Source: Blastocatellia bacterium (GTDB taxonomy: Bacteria > Acidobacteriota > Blastocatellia > UBA7656). From it: 64,000 nucleotides of DNA. The stretch spans positions 96,001 through 160,000 of the forward strand of contig CAVXWP010000015.1 in NCBI GenBank assembly GCA_963765495.1, written 5' to 3'. Both the position numbers and the translations under genes were made by a program. Shown here in pieces: positions 49,748 through 59,122 of this stretch. Numbering within the stretch: the first letter of the stretch is position 1; every line of letters begins with the position of its first letter. The notes beneath the pieces are model-generated. The model was given only the letters and a program-made list of their open reading frames with translations, was not told the DNA's origin and did not search any database.

Positions 49748-50659
49748 TTACGCCATCTGAGCCACATCGCCCATAGCGCGGAATTTCTGGTAACGGCGAC
49801 TGATACGCTCGGAATCCGTGAGGTTGCGAACGGAATCAAGCGCATCGGCCAGGTAAGCATCGAGTATTTGCCCCATCTCGGCGTGATCTTTGTGAGCGCC
49901 GCCGACTGGTTCCGGCACTATCTGGTCTATCAATCCTAGTTCGAGCAGGTCGCCTGCCGTCAGGCGCAAGGCGCGCGCGGCCTGCTCTGCGTGCGCCTGA
50001 TCTCGCCAGAGTATTGCCGAACAGGATTCGGGCGAGATCACCGAATAGATCGCGTTTTCAAGCATCAGCACGCGGTCGCCCACCCCTATTGCGAGCGCGC
50101 CGCCCGACCCGCCTTCGCCCGTCACGGTTGCGATTAGGGGGACGCGCAGTTTAGCCATCTCGCGGAGGTTGTAGGCAATGGCTTCGGCCTGCCCGCGCTC
50201 TTCCGCATCTATGCCGGGATAGGCTCCGGGCGTATCTATAAAGGTGAAGACCGGGCGATGAAATTTTTCGGCCAGTTTCATGACGCGCAATGCCTTGCGA
50301 TAGCCTTCGGGTTTTGGCATGCCGAAGTTGCGCTGCTGACGTTGCTTTGTGGTGCGTCCCTTTTGATGGCCCAGGACCACGCAAGGCTCTCCGTGAAAGG
50401 CGGCAAATCCGGCGACCATGGCGGAGTCTTCGCCGAATCGCCGGTCGCCGTGAATCTCTGTGAAGTCCTGGAATATCAGTTTTATGTAATCGAGCGTGTA
50501 AGGCCGCTCGGCGTGACGCGCGAGCTTAACCCTGTCCCATGCATTTGGTTGAGCGGGGTCTGCCGTCAAATTAGCATGCTCAGATTGTTGGAGGTGGCGG
50601 TGAATCTGCTCCATCGAATCGTCATCTCCCAAAACGGTTTTCTTGCTCTCTTCTGCCAT
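49748..50659 (-). CDS. accA: Acetyl-CoA carboxylase carboxyltransferase alpha subunit
   Basis: [50 protein letters not shown] and YSVISPE motifs. Start is MAEES; the ORF-track extension is translated repeat. Confidence 0.96.
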   Translation of the reverse strand: MAEESKKTVLGDDDSMEQIHRHLQQSEHANLTADPAQPNAWDRVKLARHAERPYTLDYIKLIFQDFTEIHGDRRFGEDSAMVAGFAAFHGEPCVVLGHQKGRTTKQRQQRNFGMPKPEGYRKALRVMKLAEKFHRPVFTFIDTPGAYPGIDAEERGQAEAIAYNLREMAKLRVPLIATVTGEGGSGGALAIGVGDRVLMLENAIYSVISPESCSAILWRDQAHAEQAARALRLTAGDLLELGLIDQIVPEPVGGAHKDHAEMGQILDAYLADALDSVRNLTDSERISRRYQKFRAMGDVAQMA

Positions 50660-50664
50660 AATGA

Positions 50665-50795
50665 GTGATCCGTGAATCGTGATTCGTGATCCGTGAATCG
50701 TGATTTGTGATCCGTGAATCGTGACTTTACAGATAGGCCGTAAGTTCAAGCCAGCTTATGAGCCTGCCAATCACGCATCACGCATCACGCATCGC
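50665..50795. repeat. TCACGCA-family element whose left arm has a higher-order 21-bp period, abutting the accA start
   Basis: (GTGATCC GTGAATC GTGATTY)x~3 GTGAC-core-AA TCACGCA TCACGCA TCACGCA TCGC. Confidence 0.9.
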
Positions 50796-50820
50796 TGTAT
50801 TCTAAATCAATCCGCCAATC

Positions 50821-50850
50821 TTGACACCCCTTGCGCGGCGCTGTTAAATT
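50821..50850 (+). promoter_or_regulatory. Sigma70-type promoter of icd
   Basis: TTGACA-N18-TAAATT with a TG extension; AGGAGG RBS downstream. Confidence 0.6.
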
Positions 50851-50909
50851 GTGCGCCCACGTCTGAGCACAAAAACATATTGCTCACATAACAGGAGGTT
50901 TGAAGCCCT

Positions 50910-52295
50910 ATGGCGACGTTCAATGGTATAGAAGTTCCGTCCGATGGTCAAAAGATTACGGTAGAGGGAGCAAAACTCAATGTTCCCCCCCATCCCGTCA
51001 TTCCTTTTATCGAAGGCGATGGAACAGGGCGCGACATCTGGCGAGCGTCCCGCCGGGTCTTTGACGCGGCGGTGGAAAAAGCCTACGGCGGGGCGCGCCG
51101 CGTAGTCTGGTATGAGATATTCGCGGGCGAGAAAGCCTTCAAGATGTTCGGCGAGTGGCTGCCCGGTGATTCGGTCAAAGCCATTGCCGAATTTGTGGTT
51201 GCAATCAAAGGACCGCTTACGACCCCCGTAGGCGGAGGCATTCGCAGCCTCAACGTGACGCTCAGGCAAGTTCTCGATCTTTATGCCTGCGTGCGGCCCG
51301 TCCGCTACTTCGACGGCGTGCCCTCGCCTGTCAAGCACCCGGAGAACGTAAACGTAGTGATATTCCGCGAGAACACCGAAGACGTTTACGCCGGGGTCGA
51401 GTTTGTGTCGGAAAGCGAGCGCGCGCGAGAATTGATCTCGCTTCTAAACGATAAATACGGCTACAGGGTCCGAACCGACAGCGGCATCGGGATCAAACCC
51501 ATCTCGCCTACGGGGACAAAACGGCTGGTGCGCCGCGCCGTTCAATACGCGCTCGATTTCAACCGTCCCTCGGTCACGCTCGTCCATAAGGGCAATATTA
51601 TGAAATTCACCGAGGGGGCGTTTCGTGACTGGGGTTATCAACTGGCCAAAGAAGAGTTCAGAGACCAGATAGTCACCGAGCGCGAGACGTGGATACTCGA
51701 TAACCGCGAGCGCAACCCTTCGATCACCGATGAAGAGAACGCTCGCCTGATAGAACCCGGCTTCGATCAGATGTCCGAAGATAAACGCGCCGAAATCGTA
51801 AGCGAGATCCAGACGACGCTCTCCGAAATAGGCGAGACACACGGCAACGGCGGGTGGCGCACCCGGCTCCTTGTCAAAGACCGCATCGCCGATTCTATGT
51901 TTCAGCAGATACTCATTCGCCCGGATGAATACTCCGTCATAGCCACTCCAAACCTGAACGGCGACTATATTTCAGACGCGGCGGCGGCGCAGGTAGGCGG
52001 CTTAGGAATGGCTCCGGGAGCCAATATCGGGGATGGGGCGGCAATATTTGAAGCCACACACGGGACGGCCCCGAAGTATGCGGATAAGGACGTGATCAAT
52101 CCTTCGTCCGTGATCCTTTCGGGTGTGATGATGTTTGAGCATCTGGGATGGCGCGAGGTGAGTGAAGGCATAGTTGACGCGCTGACAAAGACAATCGAGC
52201 AGAAGCGCGTAACTTATGATCTCGAACGGCAGATGGAGAACGCTACGAAATTGAAGACAAGCGAATTCGCCTCGGCCATCATCGAAAATCTTTGA
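50910..52295 (+). CDS. icd: NADP-dependent isocitrate dehydrogenase (dimeric, with a large insertion)
   Basis: [51 protein letters not shown] and [12 protein letters not shown] motifs. Confidence 0.96.
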   Translation: MATFNGIEVPSDGQKITVEGAKLNVPPHPVIPFIEGDGTGRDIWRASRRVFDAAVEKAYGGARRVVWYEIFAGEKAFKMFGEWLPGDSVKAIAEFVVAIKGPLTTPVGGGIRSLNVTLRQVLDLYACVRPVRYFDGVPSPVKHPENVNVVIFRENTEDVYAGVEFVSESERARELISLLNDKYGYRVRTDSGIGIKPISPTGTKRLVRRAVQYALDFNRPSVTLVHKGNIMKFTEGAFRDWGYQLAKEEFRDQIVTERETWILDNRERNPSITDEENARLIEPGFDQMSEDKRAEIVSEIQTTLSEIGETHGNGGWRTRLLVKDRIADSMFQQILIRPDEYSVIATPNLNGDYISDAAAAQVGGLGMAPGANIGDGAAIFEATHGTAPKYADKDVINPSSVILSGVMMFEHLGWREVSEGIVDALTKTIEQKRVTYDLERQMENATKLKTSEFASAIIENL

Positions 52296-52368
52296 CAGGA
52301 TTAACAGGATTCGGGAGGATTGAAAAAGATTCTTATTCAGGCCTCCCGAATCCTGTTAATCCCGTCTA
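52293..52368. repeat. ACAGGATTA 9-mer-armed hairpin whose two ends are the stop codons of convergent icd and peptidase genes
   Basis: TGACAGGATTAACAGGATTCGGGAGG ... CCTCCCGAATCCTGTTAATCCCGTCTA; ~25-bp stem. Confidence 0.9.
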
Positions 52369-53823
52369 GCGCGGCAATTTTTCGGGCAGGTTGGCAATCG
52401 CGTATGCCAGCACCGTCATAACGGCGGCGTTTTCCGCCAGTTCGCGGGGAACTATTTTATCCAGCGTATCGGCAGCCGTGTGATGGTAATCGAAATAGGT
52501 GCGCGCGTCCTGTATGGGGGCAAAGCCCGGCACGCCCGCCTGATCGAGCGGAGAAATATCAGCGCCTACCTCGCTTGTGACAAGCCTGATCACTCCAGCG
52601 CCTATGTCTGAGAGCACCGAGGCTGCCGGTTGAAGCAGGGGGAGGGCTTCCGGTCTCACGTGCGCAAAGAATCCGGCCGGGTGTCCGGCTCCGAGGTCGC
52701 TCTCGATTGCGGCGATGTGATCGGCTACTTCTGAGGCATGATCTTTGGCATAGGCCAGTCCGCCTCTCAGCCCGTTCTCTTCATTCATCCACGCGATCAC
52801 GCGGACGGTTCGTTTGGGGTGCAGATTCAATTGCTTTATCAACTGCCCGACCTGCATGGCTACGGCCACGCCCGCCCCGTCATCAATCGCTCCCGTGCCG
52901 AGGTCCCACGAATCCAGATGGCCCGACACTATTATCACCTGCTCCGGGTGCTCGCTGCCCTTTATGTCTGCGACCACGTTATAGCTTGGCGCATCCGCGA
53001 GCGTTTGCGGTGTGAGGGTCAGATGCATTCGAACCCTGCCTTGATTTGTGAGATAAGCGATCAGGTCGGCATCTTCGGCCGTTACGGCAGCGGCGGGAAT
53101 CTTTGCCGCATCATCGGCGTAACGCAGTGCTCCCGTGTGAGGCAGACGGTATTCGGCACCGCCTACGGAACGAACAAGCGCGGCGACTGCGCCCAATCGA
53201 GCGGCGGCGCTCGGCCCCCCTCCGCGGTAGGCGACTGCCGCGCCGTATGCTTCGCCAGCAAATCCCTGAAGCGCCAGCCGCCTGTCGAACGGCACATTGA
53301 ACAGGACTATTTTGCCTGCCACGCGGTCGCGCCCTAAACGGTTCAACTCTTCGAAACTCGTGGCTACGATTACTTCGGCGGTCAGTCCGTTTTCGGGTGT
53401 GGCCACGCTTCCGCCAAGCGCCGTAAGCAATATTTTCTGTGTAGTGCCCTCGGCCTGGCCGGGGAATTCCGTAAGCGCGCCCGACTCCTGACCGCGCGCC
53501 CAGTGAGGGACCATAACCTTTTCAAGTCGGACCTCAAGTCCCAGACGGCGGAGTTCGTCGGCCACATACTGAACGGCTTTTTCAGCCTGCGGCGAGCCGC
53601 TCAGGCGCGGACCTATATTGTTTGACAGATGCGCTACCTGTTTGTAGGCGTAGTCGCTTGTGAGCGCGGCCTGTTGCAGACGGTTGAGTTCGCCTGTGAG
53701 TTCCGGTGAATAAGAATACGTCGGCGGCTCCTGCGGCTGTTGAGCTACAGCAAGCATGCTTGTGATTAACAGGAGAGTGATACCGGCGCTTATATGGGGG
53801 AAGAAAAAAGTTGATTTACGCAT
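52366..53823 (-). CDS. M28 family metallopeptidase (carboxypeptidase Q-like), exported
   Basis: IGPRLSGS, PHTG, GHLDSWDLGTGAIDDG, NEENG, ESD, YHHTAADT motifs; signal peptide. Confidence 0.92.
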   Translation of the reverse strand: MRKSTFFFPHISAGITLLLITSMLAVAQQPQEPPTYSYSPELTGELNRLQQAALTSDYAYKQVAHLSNNIGPRLSGSPQAEKAVQYVADELRRLGLEVRLEKVMVPHWARGQESGALTEFPGQAEGTTQKILLTALGGSVATPENGLTAEVIVATSFEELNRLGRDRVAGKIVLFNVPFDRRLALQGFAGEAYGAAVAYRGGGPSAAARLGAVAALVRSVGGAEYRLPHTGALRYADDAAKIPAAAVTAEDADLIAYLTNQGRVRMHLTLTPQTLADAPSYNVVADIKGSEHPEQVIIVSGHLDSWDLGTGAIDDGAGVAVAMQVGQLIKQLNLHPKRTVRVIAWMNEENGLRGGLAYAKDHASEVADHIAAIESDLGAGHPAGFFAHVRPEALPLLQPAASVLSDIGAGVIRLVTSEVGADISPLDQAGVPGFAPIQDARTYFDYHHTAADTLDKIVPRELAENAAVMTVLAYAIANLPEKLPR

Positions 53824-53980
53824 CGAGTCCAATTATACGCAACAGAGCGCGGGTCGAACAAACGCCAAAAACAGAGTTCTATTTTTTTGCGGGTTGATTG
53901 ATGAGCGATGACCATCCTAGAATGAATACCTGAAATAATCTCGGGGAATCAGCCTCAAAAATAGAACAGGAGATGTAAAG

Positions 53981-54259
53981 ATGAAAGCTATATGGAATGA
54001 TAAAGTACTTGCCGAAAGCGATGATACTATAGTGGTAGAGATGAACCATTATTTCCCGCCCGACTCCGTCAACAAAGAATACGTGCGCGAGAGCAGCACC
54101 CATACCACCTGTCCCTGGAAGGGGCTGGCCAGCTATTACGATGTCGTCGTTGATGACAAGGTAAATAAAGATGCTGCCTGGTATTATCCCGATCCAAAGT
54201 CTGACGCTGAGATGATCAAAGGTTATGTGGCCTTCTGGAGAGGTGTGAAGGTCGAATAA
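53981..54259 (+). CDS. DUF427 domain protein
   Basis: MKAIWN..VLAESD, NHYFP, TCPWKG.ASYY, AAWYYP and VAFWRGV motifs; AGGAG RBS. Confidence 0.93.
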   Translation: MKAIWNDKVLAESDDTIVVEMNHYFPPDSVNKEYVRESSTHTTCPWKGLASYYDVVVDDKVNKDAAWYYPDPKSDAEMIKGYVAFWRGVKVE

Positions 54260-54261
54260 GG

Positions 54262-54304
54262 GCACGAATTTTTCGTGTTTATTCGTGTAGATTCGTGGCT
54301 AAAT
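54262..54304. repeat. 10-mer tandem (WTTCGTGnnn)x3 with a short opposite arm CACGAA
   Basis: GCACGAATT TTTCGTGTTT ATTCGTGTAG ATTCGTGGCT, immediately after the DUF427 stop. Confidence 0.7.
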
Positions 54305-54331
54305 CCTGCTGCAATTTGCTCTAAATAATAT

Positions 54332-55288
54332 TTGGAAGAAACCCTCTTCATCATCAATCCGGCATCGGCCTGTGGCTCGACCTTGAAAACATGGGTTGAA
54401 GCGCGGAGGGAATTGATTCGACGTGGCGCGGCATTTGCGGAACACGTGACCTCCCGTTCAGGCGAAGCCACCGAGATCACTCGCAAAGCCATAGCCAAAG
54501 GCACGCGCTGCGTTATAGCCGTTGGCGGCGACGGAACTCTGGGAGAGGTGGTAAACGGCTATCTTGCCGTGTGTTTTGCCGGGGAGGGCGACGACCAGGG
54601 CCATCCAATCAACGAGGATGTGGCCCTGGGATTGTTGCCGAGTGGGACCGGGTCAGACTTTCGCCGCTCGCTCGGGTTGGACTCTCTTCAAGAAGCGATT
54701 CACGCAATCATAAACCGGCGCACCCGTCTGATTGATGCCGGGCGCTGCGAATTTACGAATACGGATGGTCAAATCGCCTCGCGCTATTTCATCAACCTCG
54801 CATCGTTTGGGCTGGGCGGAGACGTGGTCGCGCTTGTGAACGGGTGGCGCGGCAGGCTGCCTTCATGGGTCGGCGGGCGGGCGCGTTTTGTCGCCGCCGC
54901 GCTCAAGGCGCTTGGCCGCTACAGAAATATTTCCGTAGCGGTTCAACTCGACGGCGAGCGCAGGGTTGAGATCAAAAGCAACCTGATCGTAGTCGCCAAC
55001 GGGCGATTCGCGGGTGGCGGGATGATGCTGGCTCCTCATGCCCGACTTGATGACGGGTTGTTTGATGTGATTCTCACAGACGGAGCTACTCGAATGGATG
55101 TGATAAAGGAGTTGCCTCGCATCGGAGTGGGCGGTCTGCTTAAGAATCCGAAGGTTAAAGAGATGCGAGCGCGCGAGGTGTCAATCACAAGCGCCGTGCC
55201 GATAGCCCTTGATCTGGACGGAGAGACGGCAGGACAAACACCCGCGCGATTGATGCTCTTACCGGCGGCCGTGAGATTGATCTCGTGA
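54332..55288 (+). CDS. Diacylglycerol/lipid kinase family (YegS/BmrU)
   Basis: IINPAS, GGDGT..EVVNG, LPSGTGSDF, NG.F.GGG and LDGE motifs. Confidence 0.92.
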   Translation: MEETLFIINPASACGSTLKTWVEARRELIRRGAAFAEHVTSRSGEATEITRKAIAKGTRCVIAVGGDGTLGEVVNGYLAVCFAGEGDDQGHPINEDVALGLLPSGTGSDFRRSLGLDSLQEAIHAIINRRTRLIDAGRCEFTNTDGQIASRYFINLASFGLGGDVVALVNGWRGRLPSWVGGRARFVAAALKALGRYRNISVAVQLDGERRVEIKSNLIVVANGRFAGGGMMLAPHARLDDGLFDVILTDGATRMDVIKELPRIGVGGLLKNPKVKEMRAREVSITSAVPIALDLDGETAGQTPARLMLLPAAVRLIS

Positions 55289-55380
55289 TACGTGATTCGT
55301 GATTCGTGACTTTCAGGCAGGCCACAGTGTAAGGCAACTTGCAAGCCTGCTTGCATCACGCATCACGCATCACGTATTAC
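55284..55380. repeat. TCACGCA-family element whose terminal units contain the stops of both convergent genes
   Basis: CGTGATA CGTGATT CGTGATT CGTGAC-core-GCA TCACGCA TCACGCA TCACGTA TTAC; TGA at 55286-55288 and minus-strand TAA at 55377-55379. Confidence 0.92.
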
Positions 55381-56387
55381 TTCTCAGCCATCGCGTCTGT
55401 CACTTTTATGCGACCGGCGATTATGTCCTGTTTTGCCCGCTCAACATCTTCTATCACTGAGGGCGGGATGAGGGATTCGTTGTTTTTATCCATCGCGTAG
55501 CCGATCCCGTTATTGTCGAGGCCAAACTGGTGTATGCCGCCCGTGAAGCGCCCTTCGGTCAGGTCCTTGACCGTGTTAAAGACGGCCACGTCCACACGTT
55601 TGGTCATGCTGGTCAGGATGAATCCGGGCTTGATCCAGTTCTGGTTCGAGTCTACGCCTATGGCGAGTTTGCCCGTCTCTTCGGCCGCATCGAATACGCC
55701 GAGGCCGGAATTACCCGCCGCCTGAAAGACCACATCCGCTCCGCGCTCTATTTGAGCCTTTGCCAGTTCTTTCCCTTTGCCCGGATTGTTCCACGCCGAG
55801 TCGTTGACTCCCACATAGTTTTCAAAGATCTGGACCTTCGGGTTTGCATAGCGCGCACCCTCTTCATATCCGGTCTCAAATTTGTGAATGAGCGGGATGT
55901 CCATGCCGCCGACAAATCCTATCTTGTCGCTCTTGGTTGTGCGCGCCGCTATCATCCCTACAAGGAAAGAGCCTTCGTGCTCTTTGAATATGAGCGAAGC
56001 CACATTAGGTTCGTCAATGACCCCGTCGATTATGGCAAACTTGAGATTGGGGTAATCGCGGGCGACGCTATCCATGATCGGTGCCTGGGCAAATCCTACG
56101 CCGACGATCAGATCATATCCGCGTTCGGCAAAGGCTCGCATCGAAGGCTCTATCGAGGTAGGATCGCCCGGCTCGACATCGCGCAAAAAGATGCCCAGTT
56201 CGTCGCGCGCCCGCTTGACGCCTTCCCAGGCCGCAGCATTGAAAGATTTGTCGTCTTTGCCGCCTATGTCAAAGACTATGCCTACGCGCAGGCGTCCGGC
56301 TGCCTCATCGCGGTTGCTGAAAACGCGCCCGCACCCGGCAAGCGCAAGCGCGAAAGTCAAAAGCAGAGCTAGTGCTGTATTCTTCAT
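55377..56387 (-). CDS. BMP/PnrA-family ABC substrate-binding lipoprotein
   Basis: Lipobox LAGC; GGKDDKSFN, GFVGG, AAGNSG.G, IGVDSNQ and TSMTKRVD motifs. Confidence 0.93.
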   Translation of the reverse strand: MKNTALALLLTFALALAGCGRVFSNRDEAAGRLRVGIVFDIGGKDDKSFNAAAWEGVKRARDELGIFLRDVEPGDPTSIEPSMRAFAERGYDLIVGVGFAQAPIMDSVARDYPNLKFAIIDGVIDEPNVASLIFKEHEGSFLVGMIAARTTKSDKIGFVGGMDIPLIHKFETGYEEGARYANPKVQIFENYVGVNDSAWNNPGKGKELAKAQIERGADVVFQAAGNSGLGVFDAAEETGKLAIGVDSNQNWIKPGFILTSMTKRVDVAVFNTVKDLTEGRFTGGIHQFGLDNNGIGYAMDKNNESLIPPSVIEDVERAKQDIIAGRIKVTDAMAEK

Positions 56388-56558
56388 ATTTATGCCTATC
56401 CATAGAGCAGTAAGAGGCTTGCTAAAGTGTAGCCGATAACATCGGCGCTAAACAACCGCGCGTCTGTTCTTAACTCTTGCGCGGGATGGCTTGTTGGTTT
56501 ATGCTTCCGAGTGTTTGCCCCTGCCCGGTTGTCCAGTCAATCAAAATCGGAGATAGAT

Positions 56559-57431
56559 ATGAGTAGCTTTCGGTCGGTTGCCGCGATGGTGAAATCACTT
56601 TGCGCTGTGTCTGTCATGGCGTTTGCGGTGGCGTTATTGATCGCCCCGGACGCATCCGCGCAGCAACCCGCGACGGGTAGAAGAAGAGTTCCAAGGATGA
56701 CCTCTGACGATGTCCTTCTGCCGAAATCCGAAACGACAACGGACGAGACTTCAAGCGAGACGGCGAGCGCAGCGCCCGAACCGGGTAAAAAAGATTCATC
56801 GGCCAAGTCTTCGGGTGAGGAAGCGAAAGCAAACCCTGACGAGGCCGCCTGGCGCGAAAATGTCAGCAAGGCGAGAGACCGCGCAAAGACGCTGGAACGT
56901 CAGGCGGAAGACGCTGAATTGCGCGTCACCGCTCTCCGAAATGAGATGGGCATGTCGGGTCAGGGCGCGAATCACAGAAATCAGGTGGCCGCCGATCTGG
57001 ATCAGGCGGGCGAGCTGGTAAAAGAGCTTCGCCGACAATCGCGCGCCGCATCTGACGATCTTGAAAAGTTATTGGAATACGGCCGCCGGAAAGGCTTCAC
57101 CGAATCCGAAGGTCCGAAAGCGGCCTCGGATGACGGCAAGCCTAATGCGGAATATTATCGCTCGCGCTACAGCGCGCTCACCGAAGAGCTTCAAACGGCG
57201 GATCGCCACATAGTTCTCTATGAGAATCGGGTCCGCGATGCGAATCAGCGCATCACAAGCAACAGCGTGTCGGGCGACAATTACTATATCGCTCAACTCA
57301 AACAGGACCGCGATGAAGCGCAAGAGAAACTCGACCAGGCGCGGGCCGAACGAACAAAAAAGCAGGGCGAGATAGAAACATTGATGGAGGAAGCGCGCCG
57401 GGCAGGCGTGCCGCCCGGAGTCTTCAGATAA
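56559..57431 (+). CDS. Exported coiled-coil hypothetical protein with an internal duplication
   Basis: GGAG RBS, signal peptide, and two helical-hairpin repeats ending LEYGRRKGF and MEEARRAGVPPGVFR. Confidence 0.8.
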   Translation: MSSFRSVAAMVKSLCAVSVMAFAVALLIAPDASAQQPATGRRRVPRMTSDDVLLPKSETTTDETSSETASAAPEPGKKDSSAKSSGEEAKANPDEAAWRENVSKARDRAKTLERQAEDAELRVTALRNEMGMSGQGANHRNQVAADLDQAGELVKELRRQSRAASDDLEKLLEYGRRKGFTESEGPKAASDDGKPNAEYYRSRYSALTEELQTADRHIVLYENRVRDANQRITSNSVSGDNYYIAQLKQDRDEAQEKLDQARAERTKKQGEIETLMEEARRAGVPPGVFR

Positions 57432-57471
57432 ATTGCTCGGATAAGTTGTTCAGATAAATTGTTCAGGTAAT
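57423..57471 (+). repeat. 13-bp tandem repeat x3.8 starting in the stop codon region
   Basis: TTCAGATAAATTG CTCGGATAAGTTG TTCAGATAAATTG TTCAGGTAAT. Confidence 0.8.
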
Positions 57472-57519
57472 CCCCGGTCCCCTTTTCGAGAGCCTCCCTT
57501 TAGCCCAATTGAAGCAGGA

Positions 57520-57550
57520 TGAAAGTCAGCAACCTGGTTGCTGACTTTCA
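57520..57550. repeat. Perfect 15-bp-arm palindrome (REP-like) 12 nt before the sigma54 activator ATG
   Basis: TGAAAGTCAGCAACC T GGTTGCTGACTTTCA. Confidence 0.8.
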
Positions 57551-57562
57551 AGTTATCAAATT

Positions 57563-58945
57563 ATGGCGGAGATACTGTTAGTAGAGGACAAGGAAAGCCT
57601 CAGGCAGATGTTGCGCCTGACGCTTGAAAACGTAGGCCATACGGTGGACGAAGCCTGTGACGGCGCGGAGGCCCGACGAAAGCTAAACGACACTCGTTAC
57701 CGTCTGGTAGTCACCGACCTGAAGATGCCGAGAGCCGACGGATTGGAAGTGCTGCGCGCGGCAAAATCGTCAGATCCCGACACGGCGGTTATCTTACTGA
57801 CCGCCTATGGCACGATTGACGAGGCGGTGACGGCGGTCAAGGAAGGCGCTTACGAGTTTCTGCAAAAGCCGGTCGACAGTCGTCATCTGCTGCTGCTCGT
57901 ACAGAGGGCGCTTGACGAGGCAAAGCTGCGCGCCGAAAATATCCTGCTCCGGGATGAATACTCGCGCCGGTACGGATTCCCGCGCATCATAGGCGACTCG
58001 CCCGCCATGCAAAAAGTCGGGCGCGAGATACAACAGGTCTCGGCCACTCCGACAACGGTCTTACTGCTCGGCGAATCGGGCACCGGCAAAGAGCTTTTCG
58101 CCCGCGCGATACATCATCTGAGCGAGCGCCGCAACGCTCCTTTCATCGCCATCAATTGCGCAGCCATCCCTGACACCTTGATCGAAAACGAATTGTTCGG
58201 CCACGAAAAAGGCGCATACACAGGGGCCGACCATCGCCGCGCCGGGAAGTTTGAGCTTGCGGCGCGCGGCACTATTTTCCTGGATGAGATAAGCGAGATA
58301 GCGCCCGCCGTGCAATCGAAACTGCTCCGGGTTCTGGAAGAAAGAAAGGTCACACGCCTCGGAGGCTCAGCCGATATTGATATCGATGTGCGAGTCATTG
58401 CGGCGACCAACCGGGATTTGAAAGCGGCAGTCGCATCAAAACAGTTTCGCGAAGACCTCTATTTTCGCCTTGCGGTCTTCCCCGTACAGATTCCCGCCCT
58501 GCGCGAACGGCGATCAGACGTGAAGCAACTGGCCGAGACCTTTGCCGCAAAGTATGGCCGTGAGTTGCGTCGAGCGCCGCTCAGGATAACCGATGCATCC
58601 GTTCGCATGCTCGAAGATTACGACTGGCCGGGCAATGTTCGCGAGCTTGAAAACTGCATCGAGCGCGCCTGCATTCTCGCTCACGGACAGGAGATCACGC
58701 CCGCCGATCTCAATATCAGCCCGCCTTCCGATTACTCGCTGCAAGAACAGCTTGCCCTGCTCGACGGCTTCGATATGCGAGGGTCGCTGTCGGAGGTGAG
58801 CGCGCGGGCGCAGCGACTGGTCGAAGGCCGCAAGATAGGTTTGACGCTGAAGGAATGCGGCTACAACAAGTCGCGCACCGCAGAACGGCTTGGCGTCAGC
58901 TATAAGACGCTGCTCACACGCATAAAGGAACTCGAACTTGAATAG
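57563..58945 (+). CDS. Sigma54-dependent response regulator (NtrC/AtoC family)
   Basis: REC domain (TDLKMP), GESGTGKE, ELFGHEKGAYTGA, FREDLYFRL, WPGNVREL and a Fis-type HTH. Confidence 0.95.
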   Translation: MAEILLVEDKESLRQMLRLTLENVGHTVDEACDGAEARRKLNDTRYRLVVTDLKMPRADGLEVLRAAKSSDPDTAVILLTAYGTIDEAVTAVKEGAYEFLQKPVDSRHLLLLVQRALDEAKLRAENILLRDEYSRRYGFPRIIGDSPAMQKVGREIQQVSATPTTVLLLGESGTGKELFARAIHHLSERRNAPFIAINCAAIPDTLIENELFGHEKGAYTGADHRRAGKFELAARGTIFLDEISEIAPAVQSKLLRVLEERKVTRLGGSADIDIDVRVIAATNRDLKAAVASKQFREDLYFRLAVFPVQIPALRERRSDVKQLAETFAAKYGRELRRAPLRITDASVRMLEDYDWPGNVRELENCIERACILAHGQEITPADLNISPPSDYSLQEQLALLDGFDMRGSLSEVSARAQRLVEGRKIGLTLKECGYNKSRTAERLGVSYKTLLTRIKELELE

Positions 58946-58957
58946 CCCCCGAGGACC

Positions 58958-59013
58958 TGAGATTTGAGATTTGAAACAGGATTAATCCCATAAAATCCTG
59001 TCAACCCTGTCAA
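58958..59013. repeat. Composite repeat: GATTTGA heptamers fused to an ACAGGATTA-type element
   Basis: TGAGATTTGAGATTTGAA ACAGGATTAATCCCATAAAATCCTGTCAACCCTGTCAA. Confidence 0.75.
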
Positions 59014-59122
59014 AAAATTAGCCTGCCGCTTTTCAGGCAGTTGACTTTTCATGCGCCGCTTGCTTATCTCACCAATGCTGTATAATTGAACGCAGTTCGT
59101 AAATCACCGAGGTCAAAAATTC

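Noticed and set aside
50660-50749. N-terminal ITIHGS-repeat extension of AccA
   Set aside because: It is the translation of the 21-bp-period intergenic repeat arm; AccA homology starts downstream.
58200-58232. GAYTGA instead of GAFTGA as evidence of a sigma54-independent activator
   Set aside because: GAYTGA is a common natural variant and is insufficient evidence on its own.
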